A stretch of 64,000 bases of DNA. Origin: Octopus vulgaris. Taxonomy: Eukaryota. The stretch lies in NCBI GenBank assembly GCA_951406725.2, contig OX597819.1, forward strand, positions 95,728,001 through 95,792,000. Reading direction: 5' to 3'. The number at the start of each line of letters is the position of its first letter. Position 1 is the first letter of the stretch. The translations under genes and the position numbers were made by a program. Below the pieces are notes generated by a model that was not told where the DNA came from, searched no databases, and was given only the letters and a program-made list of their open reading frames with translations. Below, piece by piece: positions 54,410 to 64,000 of the stretch.

Positions 54410-55479
54410 GTAAGTTTTTTTAATCTTTATTTCTTTTTTGTTGTTGTTATTTTTAAAGAGTAGAAAGAGAACATGGAGTTTATTGGAAGAGAGACTCATA
54501 ATTTGTTCAGTCAATAAGAAGCTGGTTTATCAGCCCAAAAACTGATGTAGTGCATCCTGTTGCTGGTATTGTGCTGTGTACTACCAATAGTCCAATGTAA
54601 ATAGCTACCATAAGAGATACAGCTCACTGTTGTAAATAGCAGAGTAATACATAACTCACTAAGGTTTCTTTAATTGCAAATATTGAGCCCAAATCCTCCC
54701 ATAAGATGTATATCTTTTCTCACTTAAATCACTAGTACACAAATAAAGTCATGATACCACCACTGCCACCTCCACCACCACCAGTAGTAGTAGTAGTAGT
54801 AGCAGCAGCAGCAATAGTGCTACTATCGCTATTACTTATGAAAAGATTCAGAGTAAATGTAATTCAATCAGATTTGACTTCTTCGGAGAGTTCATATATA
54901 AATTCAATTGTTTCAGGGTGAGGAAGGGACCTTGCTCTCCATCTGAGACTAAGAAATACTACTAGGTTGGGGACAAGTAAATAATGAAAGAATTGAATTG
55001 AAAGGGTAATGTTGGGATGAAGTGTGGACAGAGAGAGGTGGGTGACTTGAGAGATTCAGAAGTCTGGTGTGTAAGGTGAGCAAAAGGGAAGGAAGTTAGA
55101 ATTGGAGAAGGAAGCTAAAACAAGCCAATCCATTAAGCCAAGTGAAGGGAAAAGGTCATATTCAAATAAAGAGAGAACAAGGTGGAAAACAGTAAGTAAA
55201 GACAACAGGTGACAAAGAGCAACAACACTTGGTGAGCTTAATTGTCTTTTCATTGCAAAAAGAGATTTCACTATAAAGAGTTATTGAGTTGAAGAAACAT
55301 GTGTCAGAATTCAACTTTACCAATTACAACTTCAGAGTCTTTTATTCTGAATTCAAATATTTCCTTGGGTCAATCTGGCCTTCTGTAATAATAAACATAA
55401 AATTCTGCCTGTCTGTCCAGCCAGGACCCCTGTATCTCAGTCTACATTTGCCCTACATAGGCATATACTTAATTGGAAT

Positions 55480-55900
55480 CAGGATGATCCCAGGAATGAA
55501 AATCTTCCCTTCATTTGGTACTTGAACATCCAGCATTGGGATCGGGTCTGGAAGAGGATTTGTTATATTCTAACAGTTGAAAATTCTAATTTTAAAATAA
55601 CTCCCCAAATTTGTGAACTTACAAGTTTTTTTTTATTTAAACTGAATTTGAAGTAATTAGCCCTCCACAGGAGCTAGCTTAAGAGTCCACTCAGAGTGCA
55701 GTTTTTAAGCTAGTTTATTCATAAAGAGCATCTTATTCGTGGATTGTTAAACTCATATGATGCTTGATTTTACTTACAGCCTTGAGATTGAACCCTATTG
55801 GAATAAAAGTGTTTCAACAAAAAACTTGCAATTGGTTTAGAAGAGGAACACATGGAAAATGATGTTTTTCACACTTGAGGCAGCAGTCATATAACAACAT
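55480..55900 (-). mobile_element. Possible decayed PLE RT remnant
   Basis: Minus strand near 55520-55600 gives LKLEF...PDPIPMLDVQV, similar to the PLE LPFLDV motif. Confidence 0.3.
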
Positions 55901-57465
55901 ACATCTAGCTCTAAAACAAGATTAATTCATGTGACCAAAACTTTTAACAATGTGTTTCCTTTTATTTTCAAAATAATCAACAATTTTATAGGATTTACCA
56001 AAAAAAGTTTCTTTTTATATATATATAAATAAACTAGTGTTTTAAACGCAACTTAAAATGTTTACCTTCTAAAATATCACTTATCATGTATATAATAACA
56101 AAATTTCAGTCAAGGTTTTGATTTGGATACGATCACTAAAATACATGATTGTAGGTGAGTTAGAAACACGGAACCAGAGGTAGTGTCAAAAGTTAAAATA
56201 ATTTGAAACATATATTTCTAAATTCTTATCCTAGTTTTCAAACTCTAACTATAAATTTGAATGTTTTAAATACAGCTGTCCAAATTCATTTATATGAATT
56301 TTTGTTAGTCTTAAAGATTCTGTATAGTGTTCATTTAGTCATTAAGTAGCTTTATAGACTGGGACACATTGTAATTTACTTTATCTACAAACACAACACA
56401 AACTTTCTGAGAGTATTTGCAAGTATGAGCTACTGTTAACCCACTAAAATCTTTTATTTCTTAACTACTACACTTGTAAGTAATTAAATTCATATTGTCA
56501 TAATCTTAGAAACCTCTCCTTTAAACTCATTGTTAAAGTTGTTCCCTTATTAGTTCATTAGATGATATATCACTTTCATGCTGTTTTATGTTTTTATGGC
56601 ATGGTGAAAGGGGAACTGGTGCAGGAGCTCCCAGTCAGATGAAGAACAAGAGCAGAAAGTCGTGATTTATGAGTTGCTGCTAATCACTACTTTGATTCCT
56701 TTAAGGAGCCAAGCTGGAAATCAGGGGTTGCTTGCTAATGAGTCTGCCAACAAATAGAACAACTTGAAATATTACTAATGGGGTCAAGCCCCTGTTGTAT
56801 CTGATGGATGGTGCCTTGCTGGAAAACCACTTCATTCTGCACTTTCTCACAAGCAGTGGTACTACACAGAAGGTGCAGTAAGAAGTAGCGTATCAAGATA
56901 TGGAGTTATACACAGGACAGAGATCTCATCTGAATACTTGCTAGAGATGGTGCTAGATCAGGTGATAGGCCAACTTTTGTAGGAGAGGTTCTTCAATTGA
57001 AGTTAAACCTGGTGTATTACTAGTACTTATTTTGTTAACCTAAGTGGAGTGGTATCTACTGTAACTCTGGTGTTTGTCATTATTTCCATCAGTCTACTAT
57101 CTTCTTTTATTCACCTAATATTGTCAGCAGCTCATAGAGTTTATTTTAGGGATCTTCAATATTTAATTCACCTTGCATGTCATCATCATCATCATCATCG
57201 TTTAACGTCCGTTCTCCATGCTAGCATGGGTTGGACGGTTCGACCAGGGTTCTGGGAAGCCAGAAGGCTGCACCAGGCTCCAGTCTAATCTGGCAATGTT
57301 TCTACAGCTGGATGCCCTTCCTAACGCCAACCACTCCGTGAGTGTAGTGGGTGCTTTTTACGTGCCACCTGCACAGGTGCCAGGCGGGGCTGGCAACGGC
57401 CACGGTCAGATTGGTGTATTTTATGTGCCACCGGCACGGAAGCCAGTCGAGGCGGTGCTGGCATC

Positions 57466-58072
57466 GGCCACGAGTCGGATAGTGCTTTTTACGTACCACC
57501 AGACCAGGGATCCTGGCTGGTTCAATTCAATTTCGATTTCGCTTGCCCCAACATGTCTTCACAAGCAAAGGGGGTTGGCATGGGTGCCTGTCGTACGGTC
57601 GCATTGGAGTATTTTACGTGCCACGGCCGCGAGTCGGATAGTGCTTTTTACGTACCACCAGACCAGGGATCCTGGCTGGTTCAATTCGATTTCGATTTCG
57701 CTTGCCCCAACATGTCTTCACAAGCAAAGGGGGTTGGCATGGGTGCCTGTCGTACGGTCGCATTGGAGTATTTTACGTGCCACGGCCACGAGTCGGATAG
57801 TGCTTTTTACGTACCACCAGACCAGGGATCCTGGCTGGTTCAATTCGATTTCGATTTCGCTTGCCCCAACATGTCTTCACAAGCAAAGGGGGGTTGGCAT
57901 GGGTGCCTGTCGTACGGTCGCATTGGAGTATTTTACGTGCCACGGCCACGAGTCGGATAGTGCTTTTTACGTACCACCAGGCCAGGGATCCTGGCTGGTT
58001 CAATTCGGTTTCGATTTCGATTGCCCCAACATGTCTTCGCAAGCATGGGGGGTTGGCATGGGTGTCTGTCGT
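57466..58072. repeat. ~3.8 near-identical tandem copies of a 159-160 bp unit in the RTE 3'UTR
   Basis: Unit starts ggccacgagtcggatagtgc (second copy ggccgcg...) at 57466, 57625, 57784 and 57944. Confidence 0.92.
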
Positions 58073-58155
58073 CGGATGAGGTTCTATATCGACTTCGCTT
58101 GCCTCAACCGGTCTTTGTGTCCAAGGGAGGAAAGGCATTCATAAGTGGGCTGGGC

Positions 58156-60870
58156 TCACTTGTCCTGCCTGGTCTTCTCACGTACAGAATATTTCCAAAG
58201 GTCTCGGTCGCTGGTCATTTCCTCAGTGAGGCCTAAAGTTCGAAGGTCGTGCTTCACCACCTCGTCCCAGGTTTTCCTGGGTCTACCTCTTCCACGGGTT
58301 CCCTCAACTGCTAGGGATTGGCACTTTCTCACACACCCATCTTCATCCATTCTCGCCACATGACCATACCAGCGCAATCGTCTCTCTTGCACACCACAAC
58401 TGATGCTTCTTAGGTACAACATTTCTCTCAAGGTGCTAACGCTCTGTCGAGTATGTACACTGACATTACACATCCATCGGAGCATACTGGCTTCATTCCT
58501 CACGAGCTTACGCATGTCCTCAGCAGTCACGGCCCATGTTTCGCTGCCATGTAGCATGGCTGTTCGTACACACGCATCATACAGTCTGCCTTTTACTCTG
58601 AGCGAGAGGCCTTTAGTCACCAGCAGAGGTAAGAGCTCCCTAAACTTTGCCCAGGCTATTCTTATTCTAGCAGTTACACTTTCAGCGCACCCACCCCCAC
58701 TACTGACTTGGTCACCTAGATAACGGAAGCTATCAACTACTTCTAGTTTTTCCCCCTGGAAAGTGACGGAAGTTGTTTTCTGCAGATTTTCGGAGGTTAA
58801 TGCTCCCGAGCATCTGCCACATACAAAAACTATCTTCCCAGTTAGCCTACCTTTGACATTGCTGCACCTCTTATGTGTCCATAGCTTACACTGGGTACAT
58901 CTTATAGAGTTTCTACCTACACCTTTTCTACAGATCGAGCAGGGCCATCTTCCTGAAGATATTTGTGGATTGTCTACCTTTCTACTTATTAGTACTTTGG
59001 TTTTAGCTAGGTTGACTCTAAGGCCCCTTGATTCTAAACCCTCCTTCCACACCTGGAACTTCTCCTCCAGTTCTGATAGTGACTCAGCAATAAGAGCAAG
59101 GTCGTCAGCGTAGAGGAGCTCCCAGGGACAACCTGTCTTGAATTCCTCCGTAATTGCCTGGAGTACTATGATAAATAGGAGGGGGCTGAGTACTGAACCC
59201 TGTTGGACCCCAACCTCTACTTTGAATTCTTCTGTGTACATGTTGCCAACCCTAACCTTACTTACGGCATCTCTGTACATGGCTTGCACAGTCCTCACCA
59301 GCCATTCATCTATCCCTAGTTTCCTCATTGACCACCAGATAAGGGATCGGGGGACCCTATCAAAAGCTTTCTCCATGTCAACGAAAGCCAGGTACAGGGG
59401 CTTATCTTTGGCTAGGTATTTCTCCTGCAGCTGCCTTACCAGGAATATAGCATCAGTGGTACTTTTCCCTGGCACGAACCCAAACTGCATCTCATCTAAA
59501 CTAACTCTCTCTCTAATTAGTTGGGCTATGACCCTCTCCGTAACCTTCATTACTTGATCCAACAGCTTGATACCTCTGTAATTATTTGTATCTAGGGCAT
59601 CACCTTTACCTTTGTAGCAGTTGACTAGTATGCTGCTGCACCAGTCATTGGGTATGACTCCTTCGTGTATCACCTGGTTGACTATATGGGTGACTAGGTT
59701 ATAGCCGACACTGCCAGATATTTTGAGCATCTCTGCAGTAATTCCTGATGGGCCTGGGGCTTTCCCTGTCTTCATGCTTCTAATTGCCTTAGCTACCACG
59801 GAACTATCAACTCGGATAGCTGGTCCCTCTGTAGGGTCAACATTCGGCAGACTCTCTTTATCCCATTCATTTTCCTCATTCAGCAACCTTTCATAGTGGC
59901 GTCTCCAAGCTTCTCTCTTTGCATCCTCATTTAGCGCAAGTGAACCATCCTCCATGCGAACACATTTCTCTCCTACCACATCACGATTCTCTCTCACACA
60001 CTGTCTTGCAACACGAAATACCTCAAGTCTTTCATCCTCACGGCGCAGGACATTGGCAAATTTTCTCTTATCTGCTTCCCCTCTGGCTAGATAGACCTGT
60101 CTCCTAGCTTCCCTTCTGGCAGTCTGATACCCTTCCCTGCTACCACCGTTCTTCCAGGCCTTCCAAGCCTGTTTCTTTTGTCTAATAGCCCTGTCAACAA
60201 TATTGTTCCACCACCAAGTTATTTTGGGTCTTAAGGGGACTTTGCACCAGCCACAGATCTGGTCAGCGGCTTTCAGCAGGTTGTCCCTCAGAAACGTCCA
60301 GTTGTCTTCTACCCCATGTGTAGCTATACCCCCTTCCACTTCATCAAAGGCTTCAAGTAACATATCTCTAAATCTCTGTCCATTCGCAGGGTCTTTAAGC
60401 TTCCAGACCCTTCTTCTCCATGTTGGTCGTCTTCTAGTCGCCCTCTTAGTCCTGATCCTAAAGTCACTAACTACCAGTCTATGTTGTGGGGTGCATTCTT
60501 CACCTGGGAAGGTTTTGGCATTTATAAGCAGCCATCTTTCCCTTTTTCTGGCAAGGATGTAGTCGATTTGGCTAGTATGCCGGCCCGATCGGTAGGTAAC
60601 CAGGTGGCTTGTTGGTTTCCTGAAGTTAGTGTTGCAGACCATAAGACTATTCGCATCACAGAACTCCAGCAGCCTGGTTCCCCCCTCGTTGCGGGAACCA
60701 TAACCATAGCCTCCATGTACGCCATGGAAGCCCCCAGCATGTCGTCCAACATGCCCATTGAAATCACCAGCCACAAAGAGAAGGTCCCTGTCGTTCGTCA
60801 ATGAGGTGGTCTGCAGTAGGGTGTCATAGAAACTGTCTTTCTGTCCATCGGTTAGCCCTGGCTGAGGGGC
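58156..60870 (-). CDS. RTE ORF: partial apurinic-like endonuclease + reverse transcriptase + C4HC3 zinc finger
   Basis: APE motifs GDFNGHVG, SQIDYIL, QHRLV. RT motifs KAPGPSG, YRGIKLL, QFGF, FVDMEKAFD, QGSVLSP, LYADD, FRYLG. RTE C-terminal LRWYGHV and RGRPRKTW. Confidence 0.95.
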   Translation of the reverse strand, partial: APQPGLTDGQKDSFYDTLLQTTSLTNDRDLLFVAGDFNGHVGRHAGGFHGVHGGYGYGSRNEGGTRLLEFCDANSLMVCNTNFRKPTSHLVTYRSGRHTSQIDYILARKRERWLLINAKTFPGEECTPQHRLVVSDFRIRTKRATRRRPTWRRRVWKLKDPANGQRFRDMLLEAFDEVEGGIATHGVEDNWTFLRDNLLKAADQICGWCKVPLRPKITWWWNNIVDRAIRQKKQAWKAWKNGGSREGYQTARREARRQVYLARGEADKRKFANVLRREDERLEVFRVARQCVRENRDVVGEKCVRMEDGSLALNEDAKREAWRRHYERLLNEENEWDKESLPNVDPTEGPAIRVDSSVVAKAIRSMKTGKAPGPSGITAEMLKISGSVGYNLVTHIVNQVIHEGVIPNDWCSSILVNCYKGKGDALDTNNYRGIKLLDQVMKVTERVIAQLIRERVSLDEMQFGFVPGKSTTDAIFLVRQLQEKYLAKDKPLYLAFVDMEKAFDRVPRSLIWWSMRKLGIDEWLVRTVQAMYRDAVSKVRVGNMYTEEFKVEVGVQQGSVLSPLLFIIVLQAITEEFKTGCPWELLYADDLALIAESLSELEEKFQVWKEGLESRGLRVNLAKTKVLISRKVDNPQISSGRWPCSICRKGVGRNSIRCTQCKLWTHKRCSNVKGRLTGKIVFVCGRCSGALTSENLQKTTSVTFQGEKLEVVDSFRYLGDQVSSGGGCAESVTARIRIAWAKFRELLPLLVTKGLSLRVKGRLYDACVRTAMLHGSETWAVTAEDMRKLVRNEASMLRWMCNVSVHTRQSVSTLREMLYLRSISCGVQERRLRWYGHVARMDEDGCVRKCQSLAVEGTRGRGRPRKTWDEVVKHDLRTLGLTEEMTSDRDLWKYSVREKTRQDK

Positions 60871-61021
60871 ATGTATGAGTGAGATTTGGTCTTGACCATT
60901 TCCTCTGCGATTGACCAGTCTTCTATATTAAAATGTGATGTTACCATTGGGAAATAATATGAAAAATATGACTGAAGATGCTTCAGTAAAATTTTAACTG
61001 GAATGAAGATATATTGGAGAG

Positions 61022-61200
61022 ATCATCATCATTTAACTGACCATTTTTCATGCTGACATGGGTTAGATGGTTTGACAGGATCTGGCAAACTATGGGGCTA
61101 CATCTAATGTCAACTTTGGCATGATTTCTATGGTTGGATACCTTCCTAAGGCCAGTTGGTTTACCGAGTGTACTGGGTGCTTTTTACCTGCCACTGGCAC
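61022..61200 (-). mobile_element. Older RTE 3'-end copy
   Basis: catcatcatttaact...catgctgacatgggtt. Confidence 0.7.
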
Positions 61201-61921
61201 TGTGACATAACAAAGTAACCTGCAAGATAAGAAAAGAATAGCAAGAAGGAAACAAGGAAAAGGCAAAAACCCTCTCAACTAAATAGAGTGGAGAGTATGA
61301 GGAGAGAGAGACAAGCCTGTCATGTTATACAAGTGATGCAAGGCTATCCTGCATTATATAGGGATGGATGGGAGTAGCTATTAAGAAAATAATGGTGATG
61401 ATGGGATGTCATAGCATCTCGAGATACAAGAAGGTGAGTATAAAAGAGGAAAATGAAAAATATAAGAACTTGTATTCTTTGATATTTAGAATACAACATT
61501 TTAGTATTAATTGTCATCAAACTTAATTCTATGCTTGTACACTGTGCACAATGACTTTGGTATCAGCTGTGTTGTTAACAGAGATAACAATAAAGATGCG
61601 TTTAGAAATAATTCCGTTCACTCAATAAGCATCTTAAAGTTACATTCATATTTTCACTACACCTTCACATGGTGACATATAGATTGTATATATTGATCAC
61701 AGAAAACAAATCCATAGTATACTTTGATTTCTATGATGAAAAATCTATAATGTATGTCATTTATATTGATCACTATGATGCAGTTCTATGATTATGTCTG
61801 ATTTAATACAAGTCTATGATGTATGTCTGTCATTTATATCTTTGCTTCCTAACATTTCTTGGAAACAAAAAAGAAAGTTTACTCCTCATTTTATATATTT
61901 TAAATATTTATTTTTTAATAG

Positions 61922-62003
61922 GGAATAGGTAACCTTTCAAAGCATTGGTTAATTGTTCCTGCAAATCATTACCTACCTGTTGACAAAAACTGCTTGGTAA
62001 CAG
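61922..62003 (+). CDS. GALM: GALM internal coding exon, probably exon 4
   Basis: ttttttaatAG acceptor at 61920-21, GTAAAT donor at 62004; 82 nt, phase 0/1. Translation GIGNLSKHWLIVPANHYLPVDKNCLVT(G) matches the family H...YLPVD...TG segment and is phase-compatible with the previous exon. Confidence 0.9.
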
Positions 62004-63379
62004 GTAAATATTCCTCCTCTGATTACTAAATATTTATGAAATAAATGACTTACACAGAAAGACTGGTGTTTTTTTTTTTCTGCTGTTATGTGTATCAGAT
62101 GATGAAGTGTTGTGACAGGTGGCAAGATGCTATATTGGAACAGATATGTTTAACCTATGTAATTATGAAAAAGTAGACTTTAAAATATTATCACAATGGT
62201 ATCAGTTTAATGTACTATATACAAATAGAGATATTTGTATATAGTACAAAACTTAAAGTATTCTACCTGAATTTAAAATTGTTTATAGATGCAAGCTAAT
62301 AAAAGAGCCTCTTTGTGGTCACTTGGAATGCTAGAAAAAGCAGAATCTTCTCTAAATCACACCCACTCTCTTTAATGCATTATATCAGTAAAAGATAGTA
62401 TGGTCACAGCTAGAATGCTCAATCAGAACAGACCTGGAGTTAACTTACTGTTTTTGAATCTATACAACTTTATGGTAATTGTTTGCACATACTTTACATT
62501 AAGCAATCCCATTTACAGATGGTTCTTGAAGGATAAGCATTTTAATCTGAGTTATAAAACCACAGCTGCTAACTTTTATAGATCCGAAATACAATTGTCT
62601 TTTCTATAATGTAATTTATATCTGGTGTGACTGTGACTGATTTTACTCTAATTTAAGCATTTAAAAAAATTTTTCAAATCTGTGTATTTTGAAAATTCTT
62701 CTAACCATATATGTTTAAGAATATTTTTATATAATGGCTTGATCTGAAAGACAGTATTGTTCCCATGATCTTTGCATGTTTTCAAGAACCAGTAAGATTG
62801 ATATGGTTTCACAGATTTCCATCAATGGCAGAAAGACTTGCTAAAGGAATTTCAGAGAAAGGAATTAGCAGTAGAAAAGGTAGAGACAAGAGACAGTGTA
62901 TCTGTAGGCCAGAGGCTGAAGTATGTTGGTAAACAAGATCATGCTTGTATATGATAAATGTTAACTATCTCATGGAACACATAAGTTCAGTAAACTAGTG
63001 TTCAGCCATGGTTTTTGTAGTGTTAATGTCATCAGATGTATACTTTTGAAAATAGGGTAATACTTTATGCAGACAAAATTCCTAGAAGAACTATGTTCTA
63101 GTTTCAGATAAATTCAAATCTACAGTAGTGGAGGAATAGTAATTTGAAATTAATGTTCTACATATATACACTATATTATGTAGCTCTTTGTTTCTTATAG
63201 AGCAATAAACAATGATTTGCTGTCAGCAAACTTGTGATAAGAGCTTCATCTGTTTATTAGTAAGTTATTGGCTTACAAGACTAAGCTAAACTGGGTAGGT
63301 TCCATGGTAGTATGGGCAGAGGATAACAATAATATTGGATTATAAGTTTTATTACTTATCTTTTGACAACTTCAGTGAT

Positions 63380-63930
63380 GAATTTAGTGTGAAGATAGGA
63401 GCTCCATCATTGTTCAGTTTGTAGTGCTCTCCTATTCATTATAGTCCTACAAGCCATGACAAAGGAGTTTAAGACTGGATTTTCATGGGAAAATTTATGC
63501 TGAAAATTTAGGGGAATAAGAGAAGAAATTCCAGTTATTGAAGCTAAACCTATAATTGTGAGGCCTTAGCAAAGACAAAGGTTTTAGTAAATAGGGAAGG
63601 AGACTGGGCTCTGTACCTTCAGGGAAATGGCCTTGCTTGATATACATTAAAGGAATTGGTATACACTGTATTTACTGCAAGCTATGGACATACAAGAGAT
63701 GTAGTAGAATCACTGGCAGACTATCCAAAAGTGTAAGCTTCAAATATGGTAGATACATTGGAACAGCTCATACAATCACATTGGAAATTGATATTTTTAA
63801 ATATACTACACAAGTAGTAGTTGACAGTTTTTGTTTCATAGGATATTTAATTAGAAAGTGAGGTGGTTGCTCTGAAAGAATAGTAACAAGAGTGACAACT
63901 GGAAGAGGAAGCTACTACCACTGCTGATTT
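63380..63930 (+). mobile_element. Old decayed RTE RT/zinc-finger fragment
   Basis: LLFIIVLQAMTKEFKTG, GKWPC..., CIYCKLWTYKRCS, VVDSFCFIG. Confidence 0.8.
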
Positions 63931-64000
63931 GTTATCCTCACATTTCCTTGAAGTATTTGAATATCAAGAAGTGTATTTTTTATACAGAGAAGTGACTTCA

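Larger units (their letters stand above)
57181..60872 (-). mobile_element. Young 5'-truncated RTE-clade non-LTR retrotransposon (APE remnant + RT + PHD-like finger, ~1 kb 3'UTR, (ATG)n tail)
   Basis: Uninterrupted ORF. The frame continues upstream of 60801 as APQPGLTDGQKDSFYD and similarity ends abruptly near 60872. 3' end is (CAT)n on + at 57181. Possible short TSD gcatgt at 57175-80 and 60869-74. Confidence 0.95.

Noticed and set aside
54410-54463. C-terminal part of the predicted 87-aa ORF and its M start at 54200
   Set aside because: Read-through past the GTAAGT donor into intron; the GTG at 54200 is an internal Val after a splice acceptor.
57218-58144. 308-aa + strand ORF with 53-aa repeats
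   Set aside because: Antisense to the RTE 3'UTR; stays open because the 159-bp unit is a multiple of 3.
58403-60804. Several 100-140 aa + strand ORFs
   Set aside because: Antisense shadows of the RTE ORF.

Overview
AT-rich, microsatellite-dense eukaryotic genomic DNA. The repeat content (RTE LINEs with (ATG)n tails, tRNA-derived SINEs, long (TA)n/(CA)n arrays) suggests a coleoid cephalopod, probably Octopus; this is inference. The window lies inside one host gene, galactose mutarotase / aldose 1-epimerase (GALM, + strand). Three internal coding exons are visible (23173-23327, 54200-54409, 61922-62003), with introns of about 30.9 kb and 7.5 kb between them and no further exon recognised upstream in the window. 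The rest is intronic mobile DNA: a young 5'-truncated RTE LINE with an open ORF carrying a PHD-type C4HC3 finger inside the RT, many decayed or 3'-end RTE copies, Penelope-like elements (PLEs), three Tc1/mariner-superfamily transposons plus a fragment and a MITE, an internally deleted Gypsy (Mag-like) LTR element, and three SINE families. The main signal missed by the ORF track is a set of about 10 type I hammerhead ribozyme motifs (CUGANGA...GAAA-palindromic stem III-UH), some intact and some degenerate. They sit mostly in short non-coding, microsatellite-embedded elements resembling PLE pseudo-LTRs or retrozymes, and several are on the GALM pre-mRNA strand. PLE-associated hammerheads are a known class, so any novelty would lie in these specific families, not the concept. 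Several fold-back structures are also present. Most listed ORFs are microsatellite artefacts. Repeat boundaries are approximate unless TIRs, TSDs or splice sites are quoted.
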